DNA of 64,000 nucleotides from Candidatus Eiseniibacteriota bacterium (GTDB lineage Bacteria; Eisenbacteria; RBG-16-71-46), in contig JBGPFC010000004.1 in NCBI GenBank assembly GCA_041483195.1, positions 64,001 through 128,000 on the forward strand. The letters run 5' to 3'. Below are positions 30,333-40,455 of the stretch, piece by piece (within the stretch, counting starts at the first letter, position 1; each line of letters opens with the position of its first letter). The position numbers and the translations under genes are program-made. A model generated the notes under the pieces. It saw nothing but the letters and a program-made list of their open reading frames with translations, searched no databases and had not been told where the DNA came from.

Positions 30333-31916
30333 CTATGGCGATGGGCCGCGATGGAGCGCGGCGCTGTCCGGCGCGCCGTCCGGCGCCCGCAGGTAGGCGA
30401 TGATCGTGGGCGAGACCAGGAGCCCGGCCGCGAGCCGCGCGTTCGAGGTCGGCCGGAATACGAGCGGACCGAGATAGCGCCCCGCGGGGGGCGGCGCGTG
30501 GAGCGGATCCCACCACGCCGCGCGCGCGACGGAGTCGGAACGGAAGAAGTACTGATCGAGCGTGGAGAGCAGCACGACGTCCCCGCGGGGCGCGTGCGGG
30601 TCGCTTCGCAGCGAATCGGGCGACGTGTAGAACACCGCGGCGCCGCGCGGCGGGCGCGCCTGAAAGCGCGGATTGCCCGCGACCTCGACCGTCGCCCCCG
30701 CTGGCAGGTGCGAGTCCAGCCAGCGGCCGGCCGCGTAGCGCGGATCGCCCAGCATCAGCGCGTCGAGATTGGGCCCGCCGAGCAGCGCGAGCCCCGCCAC
30801 CGCGACCCCGAGCGCGGCGCGGCGTTCGGGAAACGCGGCCCAAGCTGCGCTCCATCCGCGGGCCGCGAGCGGGAACGCGATCAGCACCAGCGGGAGCAGG
30901 AATCGCGGGTACACGTACCCGACGGCGCCCACGAATCCCACCAGGTAGAGCGCGAGCGCGAGCGCACGCGAGCCGAGGCCCTCCGGCCGCACCCGCAGCG
31001 CCGCCGCCCATCCGATCCCGGCGATCGTGAGCCAGCCCAGCACCACCGGCAGCTCGGCGAGGCCGTGCGCCGCGAGCGCCGCGAACCCGCGCAGGGTCGC
31101 CGGGTAGTCGCGGTCGTAGCGCGCGACGTGGAGGATGAAATCGTGGTGCGCGCGCCACCCCGCAAGATTCCAGGGCAGCTGCCACGCCAGCGCGTAGGCG
31201 GCCGCTCCGGCGAGCCCGACCCAGGCGACCGCCCCCGCGCGCCCTGCTCCCGCGTCGAGCCGCGATGCTCGCCACGCCGCGAGCGCGAGGATCACGACCG
31301 CGATCGGCGCGGCCTGCTCCTTCGAGCACACCGCGAACGCCGCGGCGACCGAAGCCCCCGCGAGCTGGCGCAGCGTGGGCGCCGGGCGTTCGGCGAGGTG
31401 CATGCCGAGCCACAGCCAGAAGAGGTACTGCAGATCGACGTTCGAGGTCCGCGCGTAGTAGACGAACGTGGCCGATCCGAGCGCGAGCAGCGGGAGCAGC
31501 CACGCATCGCGCCGCGCCGCGCCGCGGGCGTGATCGCGCACGGCGAGCCAGACCACTCCGAACGCCATGAGCGCCGTGACGAGTCGCGCGAGCACGATCA
31601 GGGCGAAGATCGAGCGCTCGGGATGCGCGAAGCCCCAGGGATAGGCGGCCTGCGGCGTTCCGATCTCTCCTCCGAGACGCATGGCCGCGAGCACCGGAAG
31701 GTACGCGGCGCCGGTGAGCAGGTACGGAACGGGACCGTACGAAGAATGCCAGCCCGGCCCGTAGTGGTCGGCGATCGCCCGCAGCACCGAGCCCGGAGCG
31801 ATGTTATCCGGGTCCCACGAGTACGGCTGGTGCGCGCCCCACCCGATCGGCGCGAGCACGACCACGATCAGCGCCACCCACGCCGCCGTGAGAGCGGGTT
31901 CGCGGCGAGCAGTCAC
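30333..31916 (-). CDS. GT-C fold (PMT/ArnT-like) lipid-carrier-dependent glycosyltransferase
   Basis: First TM helix followed by WDPD acidic motif, about 11 TM helices, YYARTSNVD, YPRFLLP, C-terminal periplasmic domain. Confidence 0.7.
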   Translation of the reverse strand: MTARREPALTAAWVALIVVVLAPIGWGAHQPYSWDPDNIAPGSVLRAIADHYGPGWHSSYGPVPYLLTGAAYLPVLAAMRLGGEIGTPQAAYPWGFAHPERSIFALIVLARLVTALMAFGVVWLAVRDHARGAARRDAWLLPLLALGSATFVYYARTSNVDLQYLFWLWLGMHLAERPAPTLRQLAGASVAAAFAVCSKEQAAPIAVVILALAAWRASRLDAGAGRAGAVAWVGLAGAAAYALAWQLPWNLAGWRAHHDFILHVARYDRDYPATLRGFAALAAHGLAELPVVLGWLTIAGIGWAAALRVRPEGLGSRALALALYLVGFVGAVGYVYPRFLLPLVLIAFPLAARGWSAAWAAFPERRAALGVAVAGLALLGGPNLDALMLGDPRYAAGRWLDSHLPAGATVEVAGNPRFQARPPRGAAVFYTSPDSLRSDPHAPRGDVVLLSTLDQYFFRSDSVARAAWWDPLHAPPPAGRYLGPLVFRPTSNARLAAGLLVSPTIIAYLRAPDGAPDSAALHRGPSP

Positions 31917-32017
31917 GCGAATGGAGACACGATCGACGGCGGGGCCAGCGCGGAAACACGGGGAGCGGGCGACGTCGGTGCACGCCGGGCCGCGGCGCGG
32001 GGCCGCGCACCCGGAAA

Positions 32018-32093
32018 TGGTAGCGCTACGGGGATTCGAACCCCGGTCTGATGGCTGAGAACCACCTGTCCTGGACCCCTAGACGATAGCGCC
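32018..32093 (-). tRNA. tRNA-Glu(CTC)
   Basis: GGCGCTATCGTCTAGGGGTCCAGGACAGGTGGTT-CTC-AGCCATCAGACCGGGGTTCGAATCCCCGTAGCGCTACCA; cloverleaf, TTCGAAT T-loop, encoded CCA. Confidence 0.96.
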
Positions 32094-32135
32094 ACGAGGC
32101 TGCGCGCCGGGTCGGGCGCGAAAGAAGCGGCGCGC

Positions 32136-32165
32136 AGTCTAGTCTCGCCGCTGGAAATCGGTCAA
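32136..32165 (-). promoter_or_regulatory. sigma70-like promoter of tRNA-Glu
   Basis: TTGACC-N18-TAGACT followed by a GC-rich discriminator. Confidence 0.7.
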
Positions 32166-32221
32166 GCGTGCGGCATGCGGCGGGTGCGCGTCGCGCGGAG
32201 GCGCGCCGCGCGAGGAAATAA

Positions 32222-32295
32222 TGGCTGCCCGGCAAGGATTCGAACCTCGACTAACTGGTCCAGAGCCAGTCGTGCTACCGTTACACCACCGGGCA
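32222..32295 (-). tRNA. tRNA-Gln(CTG)
   Basis: TGCCCGGTGGTGTAACGGTAGCACGACTGGCT-CTG-GACCAGTTAGTCGAGGTTCGAATCCTTGCCGGGCAGCCA; U1-A72 pair, encoded CCA. Confidence 0.96.
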
Positions 32296-32311
32296 ACACA
32301 GGCGGGGCGAA

Positions 32312-32341
32312 AATCTAGCAGAGCCCTCTCCGCCGAATCAA
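32312..32341 (-). promoter_or_regulatory. sigma70-like promoter of tRNA-Gln
   Basis: TTGATT-N18-TAGATT with extended -10 TG. Confidence 0.65.
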
Positions 32342-32357
32342 CCGCGGCGCCCGCCCC

Positions 32358-33830
32358 TCACACCCGCGCCCGGGGCGATTCCCCGCGCCAGCGCAGCGCC
32401 ACCTGCCGGAGACGCTCGAGCGTGCGCTCGCGTCCCAGCAGCCACATGACGTCGAAGATCCCGGGGCTCACCCGGCGTCCGGTCAGCGCGGTCCGCGCGA
32501 GGCCGATCAGTTCGCCGGCCTTCATCCCGTGCGCCTCCGCGAGGCCGCGCGTCTCGCGCTCGAGCGCCTCGATGGTGAACTCGGGGAGCGCCTCGATCCG
32601 GCTCGCGAGCGCCTCGAGCCGGGGGCCGACGTCCTCGCGGTCACGCAGCTCGGCCCACGCATCGGGGTCCATCTCGAGCGTGTCGCTCACGACGAAGGCC
32701 ACGTAGCGCTCCGCGTCCGCGAGCGTCTTCATCCGGTCGCCGATCGCGCGCACCAGCGCCGCGCGCCACTCGGGCGAGCGTCCCGTGAAGTCGGCGCCCC
32801 GACCCGCGAGATATCCGACCACCTGCCGCACGCGCTCCGATTCGGGCAGCAGGCGGAGATGCTGGCCGTTCATCCACTCGAGCTTCTCGACGTTGAAGAC
32901 CGCGGGGTTCGAGCCGACGCGCTCGAGCTCGAACTTCTGCTCGAGCTCCGCGAGCGAGAACAGCTCCTGCCGGCCGTCGTACGACCATCCGAGCAGCGCC
33001 AGGAAATTGACGATCGCCGAAGGCAGGAACCCCAGATCGCGATAGGCCTCGACCGAGGTCGCGCCATGGCGCTTCGAGAGCCTCGAACCATCGCTCCCCA
33101 GGATCGTTGGCACGTGGGCGAAACGTGGCTCGTCCCAGCCCAGCGCGCGGTAGAGCAGGAGCTGGCGCGGCGTGTTCGAGATGTGGTCGTCGCCACGGAT
33201 GACGTGTGAGATCTCCATCTCGTGATCGTCCACCACGCACGCGAAGTTGTATGTGGGCAGCCCGTCCGAGCGCATGGCGACGAAATCGTCGAGCACCTCG
33301 TTCTGGAAGGCGACCCGCCCGCGCACCACGTCGTCCCATGCGGTCTCGCCGGGGCCCGGCAGGGCGAACCGGATCGCCGCGCCACGCCCCTCTGCTTCGA
33401 ACCGCGCGCGCGTCCCGGCATCGAGCCCGCGGCAGCGGCCGTCGTAGCGCGGCGCCTCTCCGCGGGCAGCCTGGGCCGCGCGCCGTATCTCGAGCTCGGA
33501 GGCGGTGCAGTAGCAGGGATACGCCTTGCCAGCCGCGCGGAGCGCGGCCGCATGCAGGCGGTAACGATCGCGCCGCGCGGATTGCACGTAGGGTCCGCGC
33601 TCCCCCCCCACCTCCGGCCCCTCGTCCCACGCGAGTCCCAGCCACCGCAGGCTGTCGAGGATCGCGCGCAACGAGGCGTCGGTGGAGCGCCCGGCGTCGG
33701 TGTCCTCGATGCGCAGCACGAACGTTCCCCCGTGACGGCGGGCGAAGAGATAGTTGTAGAGGGCGGTGCGCGCCCCGCCGACGTGGAGAAACCCGGTCGG
33801 GCTGGGAGCGAAGCGGACGCGGACGCTCAT
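32358..33830 (-). CDS. gltX: Glutamate--tRNA ligase
   Basis: RFAPSPTGFLHVGGARTAL, LRIEDTD, CYC...YDGRC, VIRGDDHISNT, LSKRHGA. Confidence 0.97.
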   Translation of the reverse strand: MSVRVRFAPSPTGFLHVGGARTALYNYLFARRHGGTFVLRIEDTDAGRSTDASLRAILDSLRWLGLAWDEGPEVGGERGPYVQSARRDRYRLHAAALRAAGKAYPCYCTASELEIRRAAQAARGEAPRYDGRCRGLDAGTRARFEAEGRGAAIRFALPGPGETAWDDVVRGRVAFQNEVLDDFVAMRSDGLPTYNFACVVDDHEMEISHVIRGDDHISNTPRQLLLYRALGWDEPRFAHVPTILGSDGSRLSKRHGATSVEAYRDLGFLPSAIVNFLALLGWSYDGRQELFSLAELEQKFELERVGSNPAVFNVEKLEWMNGQHLRLLPESERVRQVVGYLAGRGADFTGRSPEWRAALVRAIGDRMKTLADAERYVAFVVSDTLEMDPDAWAELRDREDVGPRLEALASRIEALPEFTIEALERETRGLAEAHGMKAGELIGLARTALTGRRVSPGIFDVMWLLGRERTLERLRQVALRWRGESPRARV

Positions 33831-33872
33831 CGGGTGCTTGCTCCTCGAGATCGGTGATGGGTCGAGTGCGGC

Positions 33873-33901
33873 ACACTACGAACCGCGGTCGGCACGGTCA
33901 A
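33873..33901 (-). promoter_or_regulatory. sigma70-like promoter of gltX
   Basis: TTGACC-N17-TAGTGT; GAGGAG RBS downstream. Confidence 0.6.
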
Positions 33902-34001
33902 GCCCCGGGGACTCCCGCGCGCCGGGGACCCTGAATCGCCCGTGAACGCCGGGCGGGCGAGCCCGCGCCGCCGGGCCCGCCCGCCGCGCCAGCGTCGCGG
34001 C

Positions 34002-37000
34002 CTAGTGAACGACCGCGACCTTGCGTGAGTGAATCACGGAGCCCAGCGTGTAGCGCACGAAGTAGACTCCGTTGCCGACCGGCGCATCCTGCCCGTCGCG
34101 CAGGTTCCACTCCACCGCGAACCGGCCCGCACGCGCCGTGCCCCGCTCCAGCGTGCGCAGCTTGCGCCCGGAGAGATCGAACACCGCGATCTCGAATGGC
34201 GAGCCGGCCGCGGCGGCGGGCACCGCGTACCACAGCACGCTGCGCGCGCGCGCCGGATTGGGGGAAGGCGGCGCGAAATCGGGCGTGAGCGCGGGAGCCT
34301 GCTCGGGACTCCCATCCTCGACCCCCACGATCGTGAATGCGGGATTGGTGCTGAGCCCGCTGCGCGCGGCGTCGTGGTGGAACTGCGGCCAGGGCGGAAC
34401 CTTGCCAGGCGAGAACGGGAAGTCGTAGTCCCACACGTAAAGACTGCGGTCCCAGCCGGAGAGCACGATCTCGCTCATCCCGTCCCCGTCGCAGTCGCAC
34501 AATCCCGCCGCGCCGCGGATCTCGGCGTTCAGCACGATCGGGAACCCGGGCAGCATGGTCCCGTTGCCGCTCAGAGCGGACAGCCTCTGATCCTCGTCGC
34601 CCATCACGACGTCGGGCTTCCCGTCGCCGTCGATATCCGCGACCACCGGGCTGCTCTCGGACGCCGAGTTGGTCAGGCTGCTGTATCGGATGTTCAGCCA
34701 CGGGAAGACGAGCCCCCCGTTCCGGTCGTACACGTAGATGCCGCCGCCGGTGCTCGCGATGACGATGTCGACGAATCCATCGTTGTTCATGTCGGCGAGC
34801 GCGGGCGAAGGCGTCTTGCTCGTGCCGCTGGCCTTGATCCACGTGGGGAAGCCGGGCCGGCGGGTTCCGTCCGCACGGATCACGTAGAGCGAGTCCAGGC
34901 TCGAGACGACGACGATGTCGAGCTGCGTATCACCGGGACCGTCGAGATAGCCCACCGCGGCCGAGGCGGTGATGCTCCCTCCCAGGTCCAGCGGGAAGCC
35001 GGGCAGATCGGTCCCGTTCCAGCGCCACGCGTAGAGCTTCCCATCGAAGGACCCATAGATGATGTCCAGCTTGCCGTCGCCATCGAGGTCGGCCAGCGAG
35101 GGGGTGCCATAGTTGAATATGTTTCCGAGCACCTTGAACACCCCGACGGTGGCGGGATTGTCGTCCCCGTCGAGCAGCTCCGTTCCATCGGAATGGAAAG
35201 CGTACAGATTGAGGCCGTTGGATCCGAACACGATCTCCTTGTTGCCGTCGCCGTCGACATCGCCCAGCGCGGCCGATGACCAGACGGAATTGGCGAGCGC
35301 ACGCGGCCAGCCGGGCTTGACGTTGCCGAGCCGGTCGAACACGAACACGAACATCGAATCGCCGGTCAGCCCGGGATTGGGCTGAGTGCCCCACGACAGG
35401 CCAACGACCTCGGGCGATCCGCCGTCGAGATCGGCGATCGACGGCCCGGCCGCGTAGTACGTCCCGCGTCGCGTGAAGTCTCCGCTCGTGCTTCCGGCCC
35501 CGTCCGCGTCCACCGGTGCTGTGCCGTCCGGGTGCCACGCGTAGAGCACGTCGGACCCCGCGACGATGTCGAACAGGTAGGCGGGCGAGAGGTGGTCGAT
35601 CGCGACCGAAGACGGGGTCTCGCGCCCCATCGGGATCGGGAAGATCGCGTGGAGCGGAGGATTGGTGCTCGCCGAGGCCGAGCTCGACTGGCTCGACTCG
35701 TTGCCGGAGGTATCGACCGCCGACACCTTGTAGTAGTAGCGCGTGAGCGGCGTCAGCCCTTCGTCGGTGTAGGTCGCGATGCGGTCGGTCGGCACGAGGT
35801 TGACGCGGGTGTAGGGCCCCGAGGACGCGAGGCTCCGGTAGACGATGTAGCCGAGCAGGTCCGGGGCCGCGTTCCTCGTCCATGTCACCTGGACGCTGGT
35901 CGCCCGGCCGATGCCCAGCACGCCGGAGGGCGCCGCGGGGACAGCCAGGTCGAGGGTCTGGGTGAGGAGCACGCCGCTCGCCTCGGAGACCTGGAGCTGC
36001 AGGGTGGCGTTCGCGCTGGACGGAACGAACACCAGCGCGTCCGCCTGCTTCTCCTCTCCCGGTGCGATATCGCCCCAGGTCGCGGTGCTGTCGTAGACCG
36101 TCGCGAGCCCGTCGAGGTTGCGGAGCTTGCCGGTCACTCCCTGTGCGATGCCGGTTCCGAGATTCCGCAGCTTGATGTAGTAGCTCACGGTTTCACCCGG
36201 ATCGGCGCGGCCGTCGCTGTTGCCGCCCTGATCGAGGACCGCGTGAAAGAAGTGATGCAGTTCCGGCGCGCGCACCACGAGCTGGAACTGCGCCCGGTAC
36301 CTGCGGGCCGCATCGTCCGTCAGCGAGAGATCAAACGGTACTTCACGCTGATCGGGGACGGTGTAGGGGACGACGATGCGGAAATGGGGCGAGGGGTTCG
36401 AGGTTGTATGCGCCGCGAGGCTGCCGTAAGCGCCGGTCGGAACCGAGATGGTCACGTTCGGGTCGGTGGTCGTGAGCGTCCCGACGATGCCGGTCGCGGA
36501 GCTGCCGCCGTTGTTGCGGAGCGGAATCGTCAGGTCGACGGTCTCGCCCGCCTCCACGACGCCGTTGCCGTTGCCGATCGTCCCTCCGATCGCGTCGTCG
36601 TCGATCGCTGGGGAATCCGCGCTCATCACCGGGAGGCTGCTGCTGGCGATCGGCACGCTGGCCTGATACGGCACGCAATCGAATCCGGTGACGGTGAGCA
36701 CGAAACTGCCGACGCTGTCCGGCCGGAATGGAACGAGCGCGTTTCCCGCCCCGTCGGTGGTGGCGATGCCGTAATCCACGTCCGCGCGGTAGGCGATCAC
36801 TCGTGCGCCGTAGAGCGGAGTGCCTCCGGTCTCGACGTGCACGGCGAACGTCGACTCGTCGGCGGCCATGCTCGCATTGCGCGTCACGGCGAGCGTGCGC
36901 GGCGTTCCGGTGAAGATGTGGAGCTCCGGGTCACCCAGCAGCAGCAGGGTCATCTCGGTCCAGCGATTGACGCCGTCGTACGTCGAGAACCCGATGAACG

Positions 37001-38726
37001 GCAGCTTGGCGCGCGCCTGCGCCTCGCCGACCGCCGTGACGCTGTCCTGGTAGACGAGCCGGAAGTATTCGTCCTCGTACGCACGCCCGGCGGTCGGATA
37101 GTCGAAGTTGGTCGAGCCGATATTGGTGACCGCGCCCCCGGTCGGGTTCAGGATGAAGGCCTCGCCGATCGACGGGAAATCGATCGCGTTCGAAGTGCAG
37201 TCGATCGCGTAGAGGTTGATCAGGCGACTGCCGTTGGAGAGCGTCGAGGCATCGGAGTTCTCGAGGTTCCCGTCGCCGACCGACATGACGTTGCGATAGC
37301 CGTGGCCGACGTGAACGGCGATGTTGTATCCGCGCCGGAGTGAATCCAGCACCGCCTGGCGCGTCTCGGGAAGGGCCCCGGGCGTGCGGGTGGTGTCGCT
37401 CCAATCCTCGTAGAGTCTCGCGAGGTGGATGCCCGGATTCGTCTGGATGTAGGGCATCGCTTCCTCGACCAGCTCGGCGCCGTCGAAATACTTCGGGGAG
37501 CCGGGAATCCACGGTTGCGGGAACAGCACCTCCGCGAAGAAGAGCAGATTGGTCATGTAGTCGGTGACCGGCGTCTTCTCGTAGAACAGCGTCTTGTCGA
37601 CGAAGAGCTTGGCCTGCGCCGTGGTGACACACGGCGCCCGCCCGACGTACACCTCGGGCAGGAGATCCGCGTCGTCGCCCGGATCCTCGTCGTTGAAGAA
37701 CCCCTCGCCGTAGGTGCTGTCGCCGTCGGCGTCCCAGTTGCCGTCGAGACACGAGAAGTAGAGGTCGCTCGCGATGTAGTTGCCGCTGAAGAAGACCGTG
37801 TACGGGAACCGCGTGGGGAGCACGTCGGTGTCTCCGCCCAGCAGCACCCACTTCGTGCCCCAGCGGGCGTATGCGTCGCGGATGAACGAGCGCATCCGCT
37901 CCGCGTCGTCGGCCCCACCCGGATACTGCTGCTGGATGAACGAGAGCGTTCGCACCACCGCCGGTACGCCGCTCTGCGTCTTCCAGTCCGCGAGCCGCTG
38001 AAACTCGGGGGCCATGGCCTCGTCGGTGATGATCAGGTACTCGACCGGGCTTCCCATCACGGAGGGCAATTGGGTCGGGCTGAAGCGCTCCGGGCGACGC
38101 GGCCGCGGGCCGCTGGCGCCGGGCTGGCCGTCGCCCGCCGGTCCTTCCCAAGCTTCGACCACCCGGTCGCGGGTGAGCGGGCGCGCGGCCGACGGCCCGA
38201 GCGTGAGCCGCACCCGGAGGCGCGTGATCGCCTCGAGGCGCCCGCCTTCGGGATCCCAGCGCACCGGGCTCACGTTGACCCACGCGACGCCCGCGCCCCG
38301 CTCGAAGCCTTGCCCGCCGAGCTCCGCGGGGACCGCGGGGAGGAACCCGCGGGTGGAAAACGTCGCGGGATCCGGCGAGCTCCGCGTGACCGGTCCCAAT
38401 CCGGGTTGCGGGATCACCGCGCTCGCGAGCCGCACGCCGCCGGCGAGCGGCGCGGATTCGATACCGATCACCTCGACGCGGATGAGCCGCTGCCCCGCGG
38501 GTAGCTCGATCCGGCGGCCGACCCAGGGCAGGTCCGGCTGCCCCGCACGAAATTCGCGCGTCGCCCCTGGGAACGCGATGTCGGTGATCCCGTCGTGCGT
38601 CGCGATGCGCACGCTGGCTGGATCGAACGACAGCTCGCGCTCGAGGGTGGTGGCCGCGCCCGCCGCGCCGCCGGCAACGAGGGCGATGGCCGTGACCGCG
38701 AGCGTCGTGAGGATGCGAGGTGTCAT
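34002..38726 (-). CDS. C25 (gingipain-family) cysteine peptidase with propeptide, FN3, FG-GAP/VCBS repeats and T9SS/FlgD-like C-terminal domain
   Basis: Signal peptide from ATG 38726 (GGAGA RBS); YLIITD, WVLLGGD, SDLYFSCLDG, VGRAP, catalytic GHG and DCTS, LLGDP; FN3 YYYKVSAVD; DxDGDG repeats; C-terminal PNP...VFDLSGRKL...W...NGVYFVR. Confidence 0.9.
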   Translation of the reverse strand: MTPRILTTLAVTAIALVAGGAAGAATTLERELSFDPASVRIATHDGITDIAFPGATREFRAGQPDLPWVGRRIELPAGQRLIRVEVIGIESAPLAGGVRLASAVIPQPGLGPVTRSSPDPATFSTRGFLPAVPAELGGQGFERGAGVAWVNVSPVRWDPEGGRLEAITRLRVRLTLGPSAARPLTRDRVVEAWEGPAGDGQPGASGPRPRRPERFSPTQLPSVMGSPVEYLIITDEAMAPEFQRLADWKTQSGVPAVVRTLSFIQQQYPGGADDAERMRSFIRDAYARWGTKWVLLGGDTDVLPTRFPYTVFFSGNYIASDLYFSCLDGNWDADGDSTYGEGFFNDEDPGDDADLLPEVYVGRAPCVTTAQAKLFVDKTLFYEKTPVTDYMTNLLFFAEVLFPQPWIPGSPKYFDGAELVEEAMPYIQTNPGIHLARLYEDWSDTTRTPGALPETRQAVLDSLRRGYNIAVHVGHGYRNVMSVGDGNLENSDASTLSNGSRLINLYAIDCTSNAIDFPSIGEAFILNPTGGAVTNIGSTNFDYPTAGRAYEDEYFRLVYQDSVTAVGEAQARAKLPFIGFSTYDGVNRWTEMTLLLLGDPELHIFTGTPRTLAVTRNASMAADESTFAVHVETGGTPLYGARVIAYRADVDYGIATTDGAGNALVPFRPDSVGSFVLTVTGFDCVPYQASVPIASSSLPVMSADSPAIDDDAIGGTIGNGNGVVEAGETVDLTIPLRNNGGSSATGIVGTLTTTDPNVTISVPTGAYGSLAAHTTSNPSPHFRIVVPYTVPDQREVPFDLSLTDDAARRYRAQFQLVVRAPELHHFFHAVLDQGGNSDGRADPGETVSYYIKLRNLGTGIAQGVTGKLRNLDGLATVYDSTATWGDIAPGEEKQADALVFVPSSANATLQLQVSEASGVLLTQTLDLAVPAAPSGVLGIGRATSVQVTWTRNAAPDLLGYIVYRSLASSGPYTRVNLVPTDRIATYTDEGLTPLTRYYYKVSAVDTSGNESSQSSSASASTNPPLHAIFPIPMGRETPSSVAIDHLSPAYLFDIVAGSDVLYAWHPDGTAPVDADGAGSTSGDFTRRGTYYAAGPSIADLDGGSPEVVGLSWGTQPNPGLTGDSMFVFVFDRLGNVKPGWPRALANSVWSSAALGDVDGDGNKEIVFGSNGLNLYAFHSDGTELLDGDDNPATVGVFKVLGNIFNYGTPSLADLDGDGKLDIIYGSFDGKLYAWRWNGTDLPGFPLDLGGSITASAAVGYLDGPGDTQLDIVVVSSLDSLYVIRADGTRRPGFPTWIKASGTSKTPSPALADMNNDGFVDIVIASTGGGIYVYDRNGGLVFPWLNIRYSSLTNSASESSPVVADIDGDGKPDVVMGDEDQRLSALSGNGTMLPGFPIVLNAEIRGAAGLCDCDGDGMSEIVLSGWDRSLYVWDYDFPFSPGKVPPWPQFHHDAARSGLSTNPAFTIVGVEDGSPEQAPALTPDFAPPSPNPARARSVLWYAVPAAAAGSPFEIAVFDLSGRKLRTLERGTARAGRFAVEWNLRDGQDAPVGNGVYFVRYTLGSVIHSRKVAVVH

Positions 38727-38867
38727 CGAGCGATCTCCAGGGTCCTGTGCCGAAGGTGCACGTCGGGTGATGGTCGGCGCGGTGCCCCGTCGGGGGGAAA
38801 TCGGAACGGGCCTCACCGCATACGCCGACCTGAGGACATCTCCAAGCTGGCCTGTTGAGATCCTCTA

Positions 38868-38896
38868 AAGATAGAGAGCGGGCGAAGCGCGGTCAA
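38868..38896 (-). promoter_or_regulatory. sigma70-like promoter of the C25 peptidase gene
   Basis: TTGACC-N17-TATCTT. Confidence 0.6.
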
Positions 38897-38900
38897 CGGA

Positions 38901-40448
38901 TTAACGGCCACTGCCCTCGAGGGTGACCCGGGCCGTGGCTTCTGGCCCGAAATGCGGGTGAAAATGCACGCCCGACAGCTCGCGGCGTTCCACCCAGGTC
39001 CAGGCCAGGTCGGCCACCGGGAGGGCGATGATCTCCTGTTCGAGCCGCGCCTGCGCCGCCGCCGGATCGAGGGCCGGGGGAGCCCGCCTCGGCCTGAGCC
39101 ACGTGTCGAACTCCCGGGTGCGCCAGCCGGTCCGGACCGCGCCCACCGCCGGGCCCCGCAGCGGCATGACCAGGTACGCCAGCTGCGCGGCGGCCGCGTC
39201 GAGCGGCGGCTGCCATTCCACCAGAGCCAGGTGTGCCTTCGAGCCTCGCAACAACTCGCTCTCGAGCGCCTGACCGCGCAACGGCATCAGGTCCACGTAG
39301 AGTCCGAGCCGCGACCACTCACCCTGCATCGCCCGCGCGATCGCGGCTCCCGCCCCGTCCGCGTCGTACGCCATGACCGCGTGAAAGGAGTGCGGCAGGT
39401 CGCCACGGTCGAGCCAGCCTTCGACCTCGCGCGCGTCGAGCCTCGGAAACTCGAAGGGCGGCGCGCCCGCGAGCCACGCCCCGCCTTCATGCGCCCCCGG
39501 GCCCAGCAGCTTCACCAGCTCCGAGCGATTGATGCCGTGCGCGAGTGCCGCGCGGGCGGCGGGCCTCGTGGTGGGAGGCAGATCCGCACGCATCACGAGC
39601 ATCAGCCGGCGCGGAGGCACGGCGGGCTCGATCGACAAGCGGTACGCCGCGGGCAGCGGCTCCCCGGCCAGACCCGGGGGCAGCGGCCACACGATGTCGG
39701 CGAAACCCGATCGGAGCAGGGAACGGGCGCGGGCGAGGCCTCCGCCGAACCGGATGACGAGGGTGTCGGCGCCCGGCGCACGCGTGGCGCGCGCGAGCAC
39801 GAGCCGACGGCCGGGCTCCTCGGCCCGCACGCGATACGGACCGAGCCCCACCGCCGCGCGCCAGCCGTCCGCCGGCGCGCGCGCGACCCACGGGCACGCG
39901 ATCCCGGGAAGCGCGAGCTTGCGCAGCAGCAGCGGATCGGGCCGCGCGAGGCGCAGCACCAGCGTGGAATCGTCCGGCGTCTCGATACCCAGCGCGGGGA
40001 GCGGGCGCCCGGCGCGGACCGCGTCCACGCCCTTCACCGCGCCCAGTGCCCACGCGGCCGTCGCGTGATCCGCGCGCTGCAGCCCGGCTTCGACCGCCGC
40101 GCGAAACGCCTGGCTGCGGCAGCGACCGCCGTCGGTGAAGCGCAGACCCGGGCGCAGATGAAACGTGATGGCGAGGCTGTCGAACGAATACGCCCAGCGG
40201 ATCGCGCCGGCCGGAATCAGCCGGCCCGAGGAGTCCTCGTCGACCAGCCCGCGCGTGAGCAGACGCTCGAGCGACCAGCGCATCGGATCAGGCGGCCCAT
40301 CGGGGTCGAAGCGCGGCGCGCTGTGCGCCATCCACCAGGTGAGCTTCGCGGCGGGCGCCGGGGGGCGCGCGCAATTCGCGGTGGCGAGGCCCGCCACGGC
40401 GAGCGCCGCACACCACAGCCGGGTTCGCCTCCCTGCGAGCGCACGCAT
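38901..40448 (-). CDS. ABC-type substrate-binding protein family 5 (peptide/nickel-like), no permease nearby
   Basis: Signal/lipobox LATANC; FDP..GLVDEDSSG..P; TFHLRPGLRFTDG; DDSTLVLRL; GLGPYRV; RAALAHGINR. Confidence 0.8.
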   Translation of the reverse strand: MRALAGRRTRLWCAALAVAGLATANCARPPAPAAKLTWWMAHSAPRFDPDGPPDPMRWSLERLLTRGLVDEDSSGRLIPAGAIRWAYSFDSLAITFHLRPGLRFTDGGRCRSQAFRAAVEAGLQRADHATAAWALGAVKGVDAVRAGRPLPALGIETPDDSTLVLRLARPDPLLLRKLALPGIACPWVARAPADGWRAAVGLGPYRVRAEEPGRRLVLARATRAPGADTLVIRFGGGLARARSLLRSGFADIVWPLPPGLAGEPLPAAYRLSIEPAVPPRRLMLVMRADLPPTTRPAARAALAHGINRSELVKLLGPGAHEGGAWLAGAPPFEFPRLDAREVEGWLDRGDLPHSFHAVMAYDADGAGAAIARAMQGEWSRLGLYVDLMPLRGQALESELLRGSKAHLALVEWQPPLDAAAAQLAYLVMPLRGPAVGAVRTGWRTREFDTWLRPRRAPPALDPAAAQARLEQEIIALPVADLAWTWVERRELSGVHFHPHFGPEATARVTLEGSGR

Positions 40449-40455
40449 GGGGCCG

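Noticed and set aside
33952..33985. GC-rich inverted repeat downstream of the C25 gene
   Set aside because: Imperfect and lacks a U-tract; cannot be distinguished from chance pairing at this GC content.
34480..35480. Repeated CCGTCGCCGTCG-like DNA
   Set aside because: Encodes DxDGDG FG-GAP repeats of the C25 peptidase; not CRISPR or a mobile repeat.
34002..38726. C25 protein as the T9SS sortase PorU
   Set aside because: Propeptide + FN3 + FG-GAP architecture and intact gingipain-type motifs fit a secreted cargo protease better; no PorV neighbour.
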